The notes under the pieces are model-generated. The model did not search any database. It had not been told where the DNA came from and saw nothing but the letters and a program-made list of their open reading frames with translations. From positions 1 to 64,000 of IMG/VR virus record IMGVR_UViG_3300032271_000682: a stretch of 64,000 nucleotides of DNA; one strand, written 5' to 3'. Below, piece by piece: positions 1-12,400 of the stretch. Numbering within the stretch: the first letter of the stretch is position 1; every line of letters starts with the position of its first letter. The translations under genes were made by a program, and so were the position numbers. The DNA is from a virus.

Positions 1-1
1 A

Positions 2-2407
2 AATTCTGGAATATTAACAGGACAAGAAAGTGCAGCACAGGCTGGCGGACTAGTAATGGCTGCTAGTAATTATGGTACTAGTGCTGTATCAGGGTACATT
101 AATGCCAGTACTAGAGGATCAGGCCTATCTGCTAACGTTGGAGTAGGTGCTAATTTTGGCGGTGCTTCTGTAGGAGGATCTCTCAATGTAGGCGGTAGTG
201 GTAATAATGTAGGAATAAATGCTAATATTGGTGGTTTAATTGGAGGTGGAGCTCTAGGAAATATTAATATATCAGCAAATATTGGAGGTAAAGCAGGAGC
301 AGCCATCAAGACTGGTCTAGCAGTAGCAGGCGCAGCAGTAGCAGGAGTGGCCACAGTTAATGCAATATCAAATGCAATAGCTAGTGGCAAACTTGCTGGT
401 AGTATAGCAGATAACATTAGTAGTGGGTTGACAGGACTTGCAACAAGTGTTGCTGACTCATTAAATAATTTAGGTAAGAGTATAGCAGCAGCAGCCGCTA
501 GTTTGATCGGACCATTAAGAGCAGCGTTTGGACAAGTTGAAGCATCTCTTAAGGATCTTCAAGCAAACTTGCCAAACTTCTTAGGAGGAAGTGATAAGAG
601 TACATCATCAGTTGAAGTTAATAGTAGTGGATCAAAATATAATTCAACTCAAGCAGCGGTTAAAATTGCACAGAGTAACTATGATATGGCTCTTACAAAT
701 TATAAAAACGTATCAGACGGAATTAATAAAGCAGCATTAGACTCAGCAGAATCTGATTTAGCAGCAGCTAGAAAAGAAAGTGGTAAAGCAGCGATTGGAC
801 TAGTGACAGGAATTAATAATAGTCTAATTGGTACTGGAAATGCATTGAATTCATTACGTGGAGCAGTGGCTGGTACATTATCTATAGGTGGAATTTCTGT
901 CAAAGCTGGGCTTTCATCAAATGGAATCACAGCTGGACTACAAGCTGGTATTAGCGGGGGATTGGCAGCAGGTGGAATTAGAGGTGGATTATCACTTGGT
1001 ACAAATGGAATATCAGCAGGTATAAGCGGAGGGGTGTCAGTTGGTGGAATTGCCGCTGGTTTACAAGCTGGTATTAGCGGAGGCTTGGCATCAGCACAAA
1101 TGGCAGTTACTACATTCAACAGTGGAATCAATGGACTAAGTGGTGGCTTAAGTGCCATGGCCAGTTTAACTAATGCTACTAATCCATCTAACTTAATTAA
1201 GAATCTATCAGGAGCAGTGTCGTTCTCTGCCAGTGGAGGCAGATCATCATTATCTGTTGGAGTTCAAGGAGGAATTGGAGGGGGCGGTGGATCTCTTGGA
1301 GTATCAATACAAAATCCTCTATCATTGGCAGGCAACTTAGTTGCCAACACTACACGTTCAATAGGTAGTATATCAGCCGGAGTAAGTGCTGGAATCAACG
1401 GTGGGTTATCAGGTGGAATAGGAATCAATGCTAATTTAGGTGGGGTTCAAGTTGGTCTCAATGCTAATTTAGGAGGAATTGCTGGGGGCGTTCAAGCTGG
1501 AGTCGTTGGAGGTTTGGCCGCGGCCTCATTCGTAGCTAATGGTGGAATTCAGGCTGGTATCAATGGTATATCAGCCGGAATTCGTGGTAGTATTAGTGGA
1601 ATTAGCGGAGGAATTCAGGCTGGATTACAAGCTGGTATTAGCGGAGGTTTGGCCGCAGGAGGAATAATTGCTAGTTTACAAGCTAGTATCGCAAGTATTG
1701 GCAATGCTAGTGGACAGATAAAGACTGGTATATTAGCGTCTGGAACATTCTTAAAAGCTAACTTTGCTGTCAATGCAGGAAAATTATTAAACAACAGTAT
1801 TATTCCTATGCCACTAAGTGTTCTTCCTGGAACTGATGATGCTGGAGCAGCAGTTAATACATCAACAAATCAATTGGCAGCCAAGACTCTTGGTTCACAA
1901 AGTGAGGCGTTGAAGAAAATAAAAGATATTGAAGATAAGCTAGCTCAAGCTAGAGCACAAATTCGTGATGAAGTTAGAAATCAAACTCAAACTCTTGGAC
2001 TTTTTGATAAAATTGCTAGTTATGCTAAAGTAAAAGGATTAGAAAGTGATTTAGAAAAAGCCACAGAGCAATATAATTCATTGGTCAGTGGACAAAATAC
2101 TACTCCTCCTGATCCAAGACCAGCTACTGCCAGTACAGCAACAACTGCAGCAGTCAGTTCACAGCCTCAGTCACAGTCAATTTCAAACAACAATCTTAGT
2201 GGATTTAGTGGAGTTACTAGAGCTAAAGAAACTGATCTTTTATCCACTTCTGATCTATCAGGTCAAACTTTTGTAGGTAAAGATAAAGATGGTAACACTG
2301 TAACTACTACATACGGAAAACCTTCTAACAGATCAATATTTGCAGACGGTCAAGGTTCAGTAGTAAATCTAACTCCGGAAGAGTTTAAAAAGAAATATGG
2401 TTCATAA
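2..2407 (+). CDS. Gly/Ala/Ser-rich virion protein, 5'-truncated by the window edge (possibly a baseplate hub or tail-tip associated protein)
   Basis: Frame is open from position 2 (NSGILTGQESAAQAGGLVM...), so the ATG at 56 is probably internal. Low-complexity G-x-S/A-G strands. Lies directly upstream of a gp25-like gene. Confidence 0.6.
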   Translation, partial: NSGILTGQESAAQAGGLVMAASNYGTSAVSGYINASTRGSGLSANVGVGANFGGASVGGSLNVGGSGNNVGINANIGGLIGGGALGNINISANIGGKAGAAIKTGLAVAGAAVAGVATVNAISNAIASGKLAGSIADNISSGLTGLATSVADSLNNLGKSIAAAAASLIGPLRAAFGQVEASLKDLQANLPNFLGGSDKSTSSVEVNSSGSKYNSTQAAVKIAQSNYDMALTNYKNVSDGINKAALDSAESDLAAARKESGKAAIGLVTGINNSLIGTGNALNSLRGAVAGTLSIGGISVKAGLSSNGITAGLQAGISGGLAAGGIRGGLSLGTNGISAGISGGVSVGGIAAGLQAGISGGLASAQMAVTTFNSGINGLSGGLSAMASLTNATNPSNLIKNLSGAVSFSASGGRSSLSVGVQGGIGGGGGSLGVSIQNPLSLAGNLVANTTRSIGSISAGVSAGINGGLSGGIGINANLGGVQVGLNANLGGIAGGVQAGVVGGLAAASFVANGGIQAGINGISAGIRGSISGISGGIQAGLQAGISGGLAAGGIIASLQASIASIGNASGQIKTGILASGTFLKANFAVNAGKLLNNSIIPMPLSVLPGTDDAGAAVNTSTNQLAAKTLGSQSEALKKIKDIEDKLAQARAQIRDEVRNQTQTLGLFDKIASYAKVKGLESDLEKATEQYNSLVSGQNTTPPDPRPATASTATTAAVSSQPQSQSISNNNLSGFSGVTRAKETDLLSTSDLSGQTFVGKDKDGNTVTTTYGKPSNRSIFADGQGSVVNLTPEEFKKKYGS
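932..1654 (+). repeat. Three dispersed ~35-bp copies encoding AGLQAGISGGLA (starting at 932, 1055, 1619)
   Basis: gctggN(c/t)tacaagctggtattagcggNggNttggc occurs three times in frame. Confidence 0.85.
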
Positions 2408-2424
2408 ATTAAAAGGAAAATATA

Positions 2425-2862
2425 ATGCCAACATATATAGGATTTTCAACAGTAGAAGCAAATCAACCAATACAAGTTACTGGAGGAGCTATATCTACTG
2501 CTGCCACTACTAGAAAAAGTAAAAAATTTGCTTTATACGATGAGCAACTAGTTATAAGAGATTTAATTAATGCACTTAGTATACAGCAGGGTAGTAAAGT
2601 AGGTCAGCCAAATTATGGTACTACGCTGTGGACATATCTATTTGAACCAGTTAATGAAAATACAGAACAGTTATTAACAACTGAAATTAATAGAGTTATT
2701 AAATCTGATCCAAGAATAGTACTAAACTCATTAACTATAACATCTCAAGATACTGGCATGTTGATTCAAGTTGAAATGGCATTTAGCCCATTTAACAATG
2801 CGGTTACTATAGATTTCTTTTTGAATAGATATGATGGAAGTGTGCAACAGTTAGCTCAGTAA
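2425..2862 (+). CDS. Baseplate wedge protein, gpW/gp25 family
   Basis: DLINALSIQQGSKVGQPNYGTTLWTYLFEP...DPRI matches the gp25 (G-E-R..P.FG..L...LFEP...EPRI) pattern. SD aagga upstream. Confidence 0.85.
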   Translation: MPTYIGFSTVEANQPIQVTGGAISTAATTRKSKKFALYDEQLVIRDLINALSIQQGSKVGQPNYGTTLWTYLFEPVNENTEQLLTTEINRVIKSDPRIVLNSLTITSQDTGMLIQVEMAFSPFNNAVTIDFFLNRYDGSVQQLAQ

Positions 2863-2883
2863 GATTCGTCTACTATTATTGAT

Positions 2884-2891
2884 GATAAATA
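2884..2891 (+). promoter_or_regulatory. T4-like late promoter box
   Basis: GATAAATA upstream of the gp6-like gene. The same box recurs at 6436, 19303, 44042 and 48734 before leadered genes. Confidence 0.65.
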
Positions 2892-2912
2892 TATTAATAC
2901 AGGAAAGATAAA

Positions 2913-5900
2913 ATGTCAAATATACCATTATCCGGATCATTAACTAGTTCTACATCTGGATCACAAACCAGTTCATTGAGTAGTACTCGTCAAAGCTCGC
3001 TATTTGGACTTCAAGACTGGACGCGTATATATCAGACTTATAGAGCATCAAACTTAACTAGCTACGATTATACTACTCTTCGTAAAAGTTTTATTGACTA
3101 TCTTACTACATATTATCCTGAATCATTTAACGACTATACAGAATCATCTGAGTTTATAGCACTGCTTGACATTATAGCGTTTATGGGTCAGGGATTAGCA
3201 TTTCGTGATGATTTAAATGCTCGTGAAAATTTTATGGATACGGCTGAACGTCGTGATTCTGTTATTAAACTAGCAAACTTAGTTTCATATAATCCAAAAC
3301 GTAATATTGAATCCAATGGAGTTGTAAAAGTATCTTCTATTAGTAGTAGTGAAAGTATCTTTGACATTAATGGTGTCAGTCTAGGTAATACTACTGTATT
3401 TTGGAATGATCCTGCTAATCCAAACTGGCAACAACAATTCAATACTATACTAAACGCATCATTAGTTAATAGTCAAGTAGTTGGTAGACCGGGAAATACT
3501 CAAGATATTCTGGGTGTTACTATTAGCGAGTATACTATTAATATTACTCCTGGACAAAATCCAGTAATACCATATATTGCTCAGATCAATGGTGTTTTAA
3601 CAAATTTTGAATTAGTAAGTGTTACTAGTTTAAATAAACCATATTTGTACGAGTTACCTCCTGCTCCTACTGGACAATTTAATATATTATACTCTAATGA
3701 TGGATTAGGATTTGGTAGTCCAAATACTGGATTTCTTTTTTACTTTAAGCAGGGAACTTTAAACTCTTTCAATTTTAATTTCCCAGAAAGAATTCAAAAC
3801 AATGTACAAGACATAAACATTCAAGGAATCAACAACTCTGATACTTGGTTATACTCAGTGAGTAGTAATGGAGCAATTGACGCATTATGGTCTCAAGTTG
3901 AAAATCTATTCATTACTAATGGAAATTCACAGGGTAATAGCGCAACTCCAATTTTTGAAGTTGCTAGCAGATCCAATGATCAAGTTACATATATATTTGG
4001 AGATGGTGTTTTTGGTGAAATACCAGTAGGAAATTATCTTGCTTATGTAAGAAGTAGCAATGGGTTAACATATAGTATTGACCCAAGTGAAATGACAGGA
4101 ATAGCAATTTCTATTCCATATATAGGTAGATCAGGAAATACTGAGTCATTGACATTTACAATTGACTTACAATCAGTTAATAATACGGCTCAAGGTCGTC
4201 AGTCAATTGCTGACATTAAACAACGTGCTCCTGCCAGATACTATACTCAAAATCGTATGGTCAATGGAGAAGATTATACAAATTTCCCATTTACATTGTA
4301 TAACTCAATTGTTAAAAGCAGCGCAGTTAACAGAACTAGCATTGGAGTTAGTCGTGGATTAGATTTATTAGATCCTACTGGAATATACAGTAGTACAAAC
4401 GTATTTGCTAATGATGGAGCATTGTACTTAGATCCACTTCCTACTATTGTTACTTTTTCAACACAAAGTATAAATTCTGCAATTCAGTTTATATCAGTTA
4501 ATCTTCCAATATTATTAGGCTTGACCTCTGCGGTTCAGTATTATCAAAAATATTATCCTAGATATTCTGGTTATTATACAGGGATTGCTTCTATAGATAA
4601 TCGAGTATACTGGCAGCAAACTACACTAACATCAAGTAATGTTACCGGATACTTTTATATATTGACATCTGGTAATGTTAAGACACCAATTCCATTAGGA
4701 GTCTTTAGTACGTTTAATATGAGATATATTAGTCAAGGAAGTATGCTTAAGTTTGTAGCTCCCGTTGGTTATTATTTTGATAGTAATGATAGATTACAGC
4801 AGGGCATTGCTAATCCATATATGGGTGATCGTTCTAGTATTTGGATCGGAGTTTCTGCTGTAGTTGGTGATGGGTATAACTTTGGTAACGGCAATTTAGA
4901 AAACGGATTAGGGCCAGTTACAATGAATTCTTATGTGCCCACTGGAGCTTTCTTGGATATAAATCGAGCAACCCCGACTGCTATTATCCCATCATTTAGT
5001 AATGTATTAGGTTCAATACTAGTTAATAGAATGTTAGATTTAATAAGTCTAAAGCAGAACTTTGCTCTTAAATTTGACAACAGCATATTAGCAACATTGG
5101 AACAATGGACTATTGTAAATCCAATTCCAACTAATCCAAGTCCAACTGATTTGTTTGTGACATTTGTGAGCAGTGCAATTGACAATAATTACACGATCAC
5201 CGTTAGTAACACCAAGTACAATTTTGCATCAGTTGATCAAATTAGATTTATATTTAATGGATCACAAAAAATATATGACCCACAAAGCGGTCAAGTATTT
5301 TCTGATTTTGTTAATGTTTTTGCTACTAATGCTAATGCCACTAATAGTGGAACACTAGGTACTGATTATATTTTAAATGTAACTGGTCAGCCAGTACTAA
5401 GTGATGGTCACACAGATGATTATGAAGTAATGGTCAGCAGCATTGATTTAACCAGTGGATTCACATATAATCCAGATTTTTTTACTGATGTAGTGGGAAC
5501 AAGTTCTACGGCTTATGTATTTCTTCAAGTATATTATGATATCAATGATTTATATCGTACACAAGTATTACCTACTGATTATATTATATATACTTATACT
5601 ACTCAAAATCAAGTATCTAATGTAATATATGATTACCCTACTGGAACAGTATTTTACTGTAGTTCCGGAACAGTGTCAAATCCAAAACCTGTTTTCTTTC
5701 AAAGCGTTTTGGTAGTTGGAACTAACCCTCCAATATTAGTATTGAATGATGTCACTGCTAGTTATTTGGTTACTACTGGTCGAGGAGCTATTAATTTTCA
5801 ATACAGACACAATAGTAATAATACTACTAGAGTTGATCCTAGTACTACAAATATCATTGATTTGTATTTGGTAACTCAGAGTTACTATACTCAGTATCAA

Positions 5901-6410
5901 AATTGGATTCAAGATACTACTGGAACTGTTTTATTCCCATTACAGCCTACTATCAATGAATTACAACAGGCATATGGAGACTTAGATAGTTATAAAATGA
6001 TAAGTGATTCGGTAATACTAAACAGCGTGACGTTTGTTCCCTTATTTGGAACTAAAGCTAGTCCTGCTCTTCAAGGTACAATAAAAATAATAGCTAATCC
6101 AACTACAATTGCTAGCAATAGTCAAATTGTCAGTTCAGTATTAGGTGCTATGAATACTTATTTTACAATTACTAATTGGGATTTTGGAGATACGTTTTAT
6201 ATGAGTGAGTTGACAGCATATCTGCATCTTCAGCTACAGGGTTTAATAAGTTCAGTTGTATTAGTGTCTAATAATCCTAATCAAAGTTTTGGAGACTTAT
6301 ATGAGATTAAGAGTGCTCCAAATGAGATTTTTGTTAACGGAGCCACTGCTAACGACGTTATCGTAATTTCTTCACTTACACCAGCCGCGTTACAACGTGG
6401 AACAATGTAA
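2913..6410 (+). CDS. Baseplate wedge subunit, T4 gp6-like
   Basis: YDYTTLRKSFIDYL..YPESFNDY.ESSEFIALLDIIAF, ENFMDTAERRDSVIKLA, IFGDGVFGEIP and QNRMVNGEDY motifs. Follows the gp25-like gene. Confidence 0.85.
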   Translation: MSNIPLSGSLTSSTSGSQTSSLSSTRQSSLFGLQDWTRIYQTYRASNLTSYDYTTLRKSFIDYLTTYYPESFNDYTESSEFIALLDIIAFMGQGLAFRDDLNARENFMDTAERRDSVIKLANLVSYNPKRNIESNGVVKVSSISSSESIFDINGVSLGNTTVFWNDPANPNWQQQFNTILNASLVNSQVVGRPGNTQDILGVTISEYTINITPGQNPVIPYIAQINGVLTNFELVSVTSLNKPYLYELPPAPTGQFNILYSNDGLGFGSPNTGFLFYFKQGTLNSFNFNFPERIQNNVQDINIQGINNSDTWLYSVSSNGAIDALWSQVENLFITNGNSQGNSATPIFEVASRSNDQVTYIFGDGVFGEIPVGNYLAYVRSSNGLTYSIDPSEMTGIAISIPYIGRSGNTESLTFTIDLQSVNNTAQGRQSIADIKQRAPARYYTQNRMVNGEDYTNFPFTLYNSIVKSSAVNRTSIGVSRGLDLLDPTGIYSSTNVFANDGALYLDPLPTIVTFSTQSINSAIQFISVNLPILLGLTSAVQYYQKYYPRYSGYYTGIASIDNRVYWQQTTLTSSNVTGYFYILTSGNVKTPIPLGVFSTFNMRYISQGSMLKFVAPVGYYFDSNDRLQQGIANPYMGDRSSIWIGVSAVVGDGYNFGNGNLENGLGPVTMNSYVPTGAFLDINRATPTAIIPSFSNVLGSILVNRMLDLISLKQNFALKFDNSILATLEQWTIVNPIPTNPSPTDLFVTFVSSAIDNNYTITVSNTKYNFASVDQIRFIFNGSQKIYDPQSGQVFSDFVNVFATNANATNSGTLGTDYILNVTGQPVLSDGHTDDYEVMVSSIDLTSGFTYNPDFFTDVVGTSSTAYVFLQVYYDINDLYRTQVLPTDYIIYTYTTQNQVSNVIYDYPTGTVFYCSSGTVSNPKPVFFQSVLVVGTNPPILVLNDVTASYLVTTGRGAINFQYRHNSNNTTRVDPSTTNIIDLYLVTQSYYTQYQNWIQDTTGTVLFPLQPTINELQQAYGDLDSYKMISDSVILNSVTFVPLFGTKASPALQGTIKIIANPTTIASNSQIVSSVLGAMNTYFTITNWDFGDTFYMSELTAYLHLQLQGLISSVVLVSNNPNQSFGDLYEIKSAPNEIFVNGATANDVIVISSLTPAALQRGTM

Positions 6411-6468
6411 ACTTAATATGCTACTTTTAAAAAAAGATAAGTAATAGTATCACAGGTATAATAAAAAT

Positions 6469-9400
6469 ATGGCCACTCAAGTTCGTACTCTAGATTTTCT
6501 CCCTGATGTTTTTAGAACCGACACCAATGCTCAGTTCTTATCTGCTACGCTAGATCAGTTAGTTCAACAACCTGATTTTGCTAGAGTAGAAGGATTTATT
6601 GGGCAAAAATATGGATATGCGGTTGAACCAACTGATAAGTATGTAGTTGAGCCAACTCAAAGTAGATCCAATTATCAACTCGACCCATCTGTTATCTTTT
6701 TAAAAGACAGTACTCAAACTGCAAAAGACTTTATTAACTATCCTGGAATGGTAAGCGCACTTGACAGTCAGGGTGCCATAACAAATAATAACAATCGACT
6801 ATTTGAAAATCAATTTTATAGTTGGGATAGTTTTACTGATCTAGATATGATGGTTAACTATAGTCAATACTATTGGATTCCAAATGGTCCTGATGCTGTT
6901 AGTGTTGCCACTAATAACGTATACACACTTGATAATTACATTGTGGTTAATGGCATTAATGGATATACCGTCAATGGTATTAGTCAAAAGAATCCTACGC
7001 TAACGTTACTACGTGGCGGTACATATACATTTCAAGTAGATCAGACTTCAAAATTTTGGATTCAGGGTGTTCCTGGATTGTCCGGCTATGGAACAAACGA
7101 CAATGTTAGTACAAGAGATATATTAGGAGTTACTAATAACGGAACCATTAAGGGAACAGTCACGTTTACTGTTCCACAAAAGAACGCACAGCAGCAATAT
7201 ACATTGCCTGGAAATAATTTAGTCAACATTGTAACCACGCTACAATTCAATGAGATCAATGGTCAGACTATTGCAACAGTTAACAATATTGACGGAGTAA
7301 CTCAGCTAGACGGTCAAACGCTGATGTTTTATGACAATAATGATTTAAGTACTCAGATTTATTACTATGTAGTTAGTGTAGCTCCAGTTACTGGAATTAT
7401 TACACTGACTCAAGCTGATGCAATTATTAATAATGAATTAATAATTAGTACTAGTGGTACTATATATGTTGCTAGAAATTTCTATAGAGACAATACTGGA
7501 ACAATTCAATTAATTCCATATATTAGTGCAGTGCTAGATACGCTTTATTATCAAGATGAAACTAACCCATTAAATGTAGGAAGAATCAACTTAATAGACT
7601 CTAACACAACCAATGTTATTAATATCAATGACATTATTGGTGCTACTAATTATGTTAGTCCCAATGGAGTTACATTTATTAATGGTCTTAAGGTAGTATT
7701 TGAATCACCTACTATTCCAACAAATTATCAAAATACTCAGTACTATGTAGCTGGAGTAGGAACTGCGATAAATTTATTACCAGTTAATCAATATCTTAGT
7801 TTTGAAAGTGGCGGCGAAGGAATATATATACCATGGGATTATAATCCTTGGGACAGTACAGTATGGGATCAATCTATATATGTTCCATTGGCATCAGATT
7901 ATTTAACCATCAATCGAGACAGTCGTGATCGTAATGCATGGTCACGTAGCAATCGTTGGTTTAATGAACAGGTTATTAACGCCACTGCTTTATATAATGG
8001 AGTGGCCACTACCAGCACTGCCAATACACCAGTAAGAGCACAAAGACCTATTATTCAGTTCTATGGAAATTTAGGACTATTCAATACTGGAACACAATTT
8101 TTAGGATTTGTAAATTTATTTGACAACACTACCACAAATGCATTTTTACAAGTAGCAGGACAAACTAGCTATACTATAGATGGAATTGAATTATATAGCG
8201 GGCAAACTGTTATTTTCAATGCTGATTTAAATGAGGGCGTAAGACAAAGTATATTTGAAGTTGGTTTTGCCCCAACAGGACCAGATAACACAGAAGTAAT
8301 TACTCTTACTCCTACTCCAAGAATTCGTTGGTGGACAGATCAATTTGATAGCGTATATGATACAAATTTAGAATTGATTGCTACAAATAACAATCAAATA
8401 TACGTATCAAGCGGAACAAAATACGCGGGTACTGGTTGGAGATTCTCTGAGACATTTAGTGGAGTTGATACAGACGGATTCTGGATTGAATCTCAGCTAA
8501 AAACTTCTGTAAATCAAGCTCCACTATTTGACGTGTATGATATCAATGGTTATTCATTAAGTAATCTAGCATATTATCCCGGTACAACTTTTACTGGAAC
8601 TAAATTATTTAGTTATACATCGGGAACTGGTTCAAATGATTCAGTATTAGGATTTCCTATTGCGTATAGTAGCGCCTCTAGTATCGGAGATATACTGTTC
8701 ACTGTTAATTTAAACAGTGACACATTTAATTATCAGCAGGGAACTACAACTGTTACTAATAATATTAGTATTGGTTTCATTTATGATTATTTAACTGCTA
8801 ATACTCCAGTTAATCAAACTGGATATGTTGATGCTTATCGTGCTTCTGCTCAGTATCAAGTATTTCAATTTACAGTTCAATTTATACTTGCCACTGTAAA
8901 TCAAACATCTTTTACATGCGATATATTAGTAACTAATAATGGAATTATTGACCCTCACAATGTATACTACAATGATGTATTATTAAGTGATTCAGAATAT
9001 TCGGTTACAACAAACATTGTCAGTAATACTACTACAATCACTTTATCTTTTCCCACAGCAGTTGGTAGTCAAGTTACTGTTCTATTATACAGTGATCAAG
9101 TTAGTGCTACTGCCTATTATGAGATTCCAAGTAATCTTCAAAATAATCCGTTTAATACAAATATTACTAGCGTAAATGTTGGTGATCTTAAGAATCAATA
9201 TTACTCTATATTCAGTAATTCATTAGGAACAACAGGGACAATTTTTGGACCTAATAATATATATAATCTAGGTAATTTATCTAGATATGGTACTGCAATT
9301 ATACAAAGCAGTGCTCCAATGGTACTACCGGGAGTATTTTTACGTAGACAAGAATTAAATGTTTTTGAAGCATTACAGTATAACAGTGAGCAATATATTG

Positions 9401-12400
9401 AATATAAAACATTGTTAGTTAATTTAACTGATCAAAACGACTTTAGTATATATACTACTCCGTCAAAAATGTTGGACACTATTGTTTATCAAATCTCTAC
9501 AATCAAGAATAGTTCTGATTCGTTCTTTTGGAGCGATATGTTTCCAAGTGGATCTCCATATGTTACAAATCAATATACATATACTTTCCCAGTTTCAACA
9601 GTAACATTACCATTAAACAAAGTTTATAATTTTACTAGTAGTAATTATAACGGCGTATTGATTTATTTGACTACAGTGGTTAATTCTCAGTCAGTTACTA
9701 TTCAACTAATAAGTGGCGTTGATTATGTAGTCAGTGATATTAGTCCACAAGTAGTTGTCAACTATAATATCGTCGATGGTGATGTAATCACTGTCAATGA
9801 ATATAATCAAACATACGGTCAATATTGCCCTAATACTCCGACTAAGCTTGGACTATATAAGAGTTATATTCCTGCTGTAATATTAGATACAACTTATACT
9901 ACTCCAACATACTTTATATTAGGTCATGATGGTAGTTATAATACACTTTACGGTGAGTATATCGATGGTCATTTAAATGATTTTCGTGATCAAGTTCTGC
10001 TTGAATTTGAAAGCAGAGTCTATAACAATCTAAAAATAAAGAGCGTGATACCTCTTCAAGCAGAAGATGTAATTCCTGGACAATTTAGAACCACCGATTA
10101 TACTTGGGCTGAATATATTGAAATATATCAGACTAATTTCTTAAAATGGGTCGGAGCTAACAGAGTTGATTATAAAACTCAAGTATATACTAAGTCAAAT
10201 CAATTTACATATAACTATAATCAAAGCACTAATAAACTAACTGGGGAATTATTACAGCAGGGTTACTGGCGTGGACTTTATGATTGGTTCTATGATACCT
10301 CAAATCCAGCTGCAGCACCATGGGGAATGTTGGGTTTTGCTAATGAACCAACTTGGTGGTCTAGTAGATACGGAGCTGCTCCGTACACTAGTGATAACAC
10401 ATTAATGTGGACAGAAATTAGCGAGGGATTTATTTGGAATGATGGAGCTTCTTATGTCAATCCTCTATATATCAGAGATGGACTGCTATCAGTGCTTCCA
10501 GTGGATGCTCAGGGAAGTCTAGTATCTCCTCTTCCGACTGTAGTTAAAAATTATAATTCATTAACGTTTCAACGTATTTGGGCAGTAGGAGATCAGGGTC
10601 CAGCAGAGACTAGCTATTTACGTAGCAGTAGTTGGCCGTTTGATTTAATGCGTTTGCTTGCACTTACTAAACCAGCCAAGTTCTTTAATTTATTTGTAGA
10701 TCGTGATTTATATGTACTAGATGAAACTTCGGGTCAGTACTTGTACGATCAACGATATCATTTAGATTCTAGAGCTATTCAAGTATATGGTAATGGAACA
10801 AGTAAAGCTAGTTATATTAACTGGGTGGTTGATTATATTAATCAGCGTGGAGTTAATGGTACAGATGCAGTTACCACTATATTAAAAAACATCGATGTTA
10901 GATTAACCTATAACGTGGCTGGATTTAGTGCGAAAGAATATCTTTCTTTCTTAATAGAAAAATCTACTCCTAATTCATTAAACTCTACGCTACTAATACC
11001 AGATAATAGTTATAAAGTATTGGTGTATAACAATGTGCCAGAACAACAGTTAGTATACTCTAGTATTGTAATACAAAAGACTCCAAATGGTTATACAGTG
11101 TGGGGTAATAGTAAAACTAATCCATACTTTACAGTAGCGGTTCCTGCTGGCGGCGGAAAAGAAACAATTACAGTTGCAAATACATCAGTTCAAGTAAGTA
11201 CTAGTTTTTCTAATACTACTGCTCTTATACCATATGGTACATTGTACTATAGCTCACAGGGTGTTAGTGAATTCATACAAACATACGGACAGTACTTAGT
11301 AGATAGTGGAATGAAGTTTGAATATACTACCAACACTGTTGTTTATAATTGGCAAAATATGATTAGTCAATTTCTAAACTGGACACAACAATATTGGGAA
11401 ATTGGTAGTACCATTAGCTTGAATCCTGCTGCTAAGTTAATGCAACTAGTAAGTCCTGGATTATCTGTCAGACCGTTGGATACTCAATTTAATTATATTC
11501 TGAATCAGAATTTATTATCATTGCAAAATCAAAACGTTTCTATCATAAGAGAAAATGAATCGTTTAGTGTTCAAGTATTATCGGACGGAGATACAATTGC
11601 ATTAAGTAATTTACATTTATCTAGTATAGAAAGTGCGGTTATATTCGATAACTACACTGTATTTAACGATACTATATATGATCTAGTTACTGGATTACGT
11701 CAAGATAGATTATTACTACAGGGATTTAAATCAGCTAATTGGACTGGCTACATGAATGCTCCTGGATTTATTATAAGTCAGAATAATATTCAAGATTGGG
11801 CGCCATATGTAAAATATCCACAGGGATCGGTTATTACGTTCAAGGGTAACTACTGGACTGCTATTGAATTGGTTCAACCCAATGCTCAATTCAGTCAAGA
11901 ACAATGGAAGTATGTCGAACAGAATCAGATTCAGTTTGGTCTATTACCTAATCCAAGTACGAATGCTTATGAAAGTTTATACTACTATGATACAAAAAAT
12001 CCTAGTTTAAGTAATGATAAAGACTTACTAGCATATAGTTTAATTGGATACAGACCTCGTAAATATCTAGAAGATGCGGACTTAAGCTTAATTACTCAAG
12101 TTAATGTTTATCAAAACATTATACAAGAAAAAGGTACTAACTTAATAGCAAACTCGTTTAAGAGTGCCAATCTATTACAGGGTCAAATCGATTATAATGT
12201 ATCTGAAAACTGGATAATCAAAACTGGATCATTCGGAACAATATCTAATAGTAATTTCGTTGAAGTATTACTAGATCAGAGTTTATTAACTAGTAACCCA
12301 ACATTAATTGGATTTACTGAGAACAGTGTTCCCGTAACTGGAGTAGAGCAAAATGTTAATGTTACCAACTTAATAAATTGGGGAACTCAGCCTACTAGTC

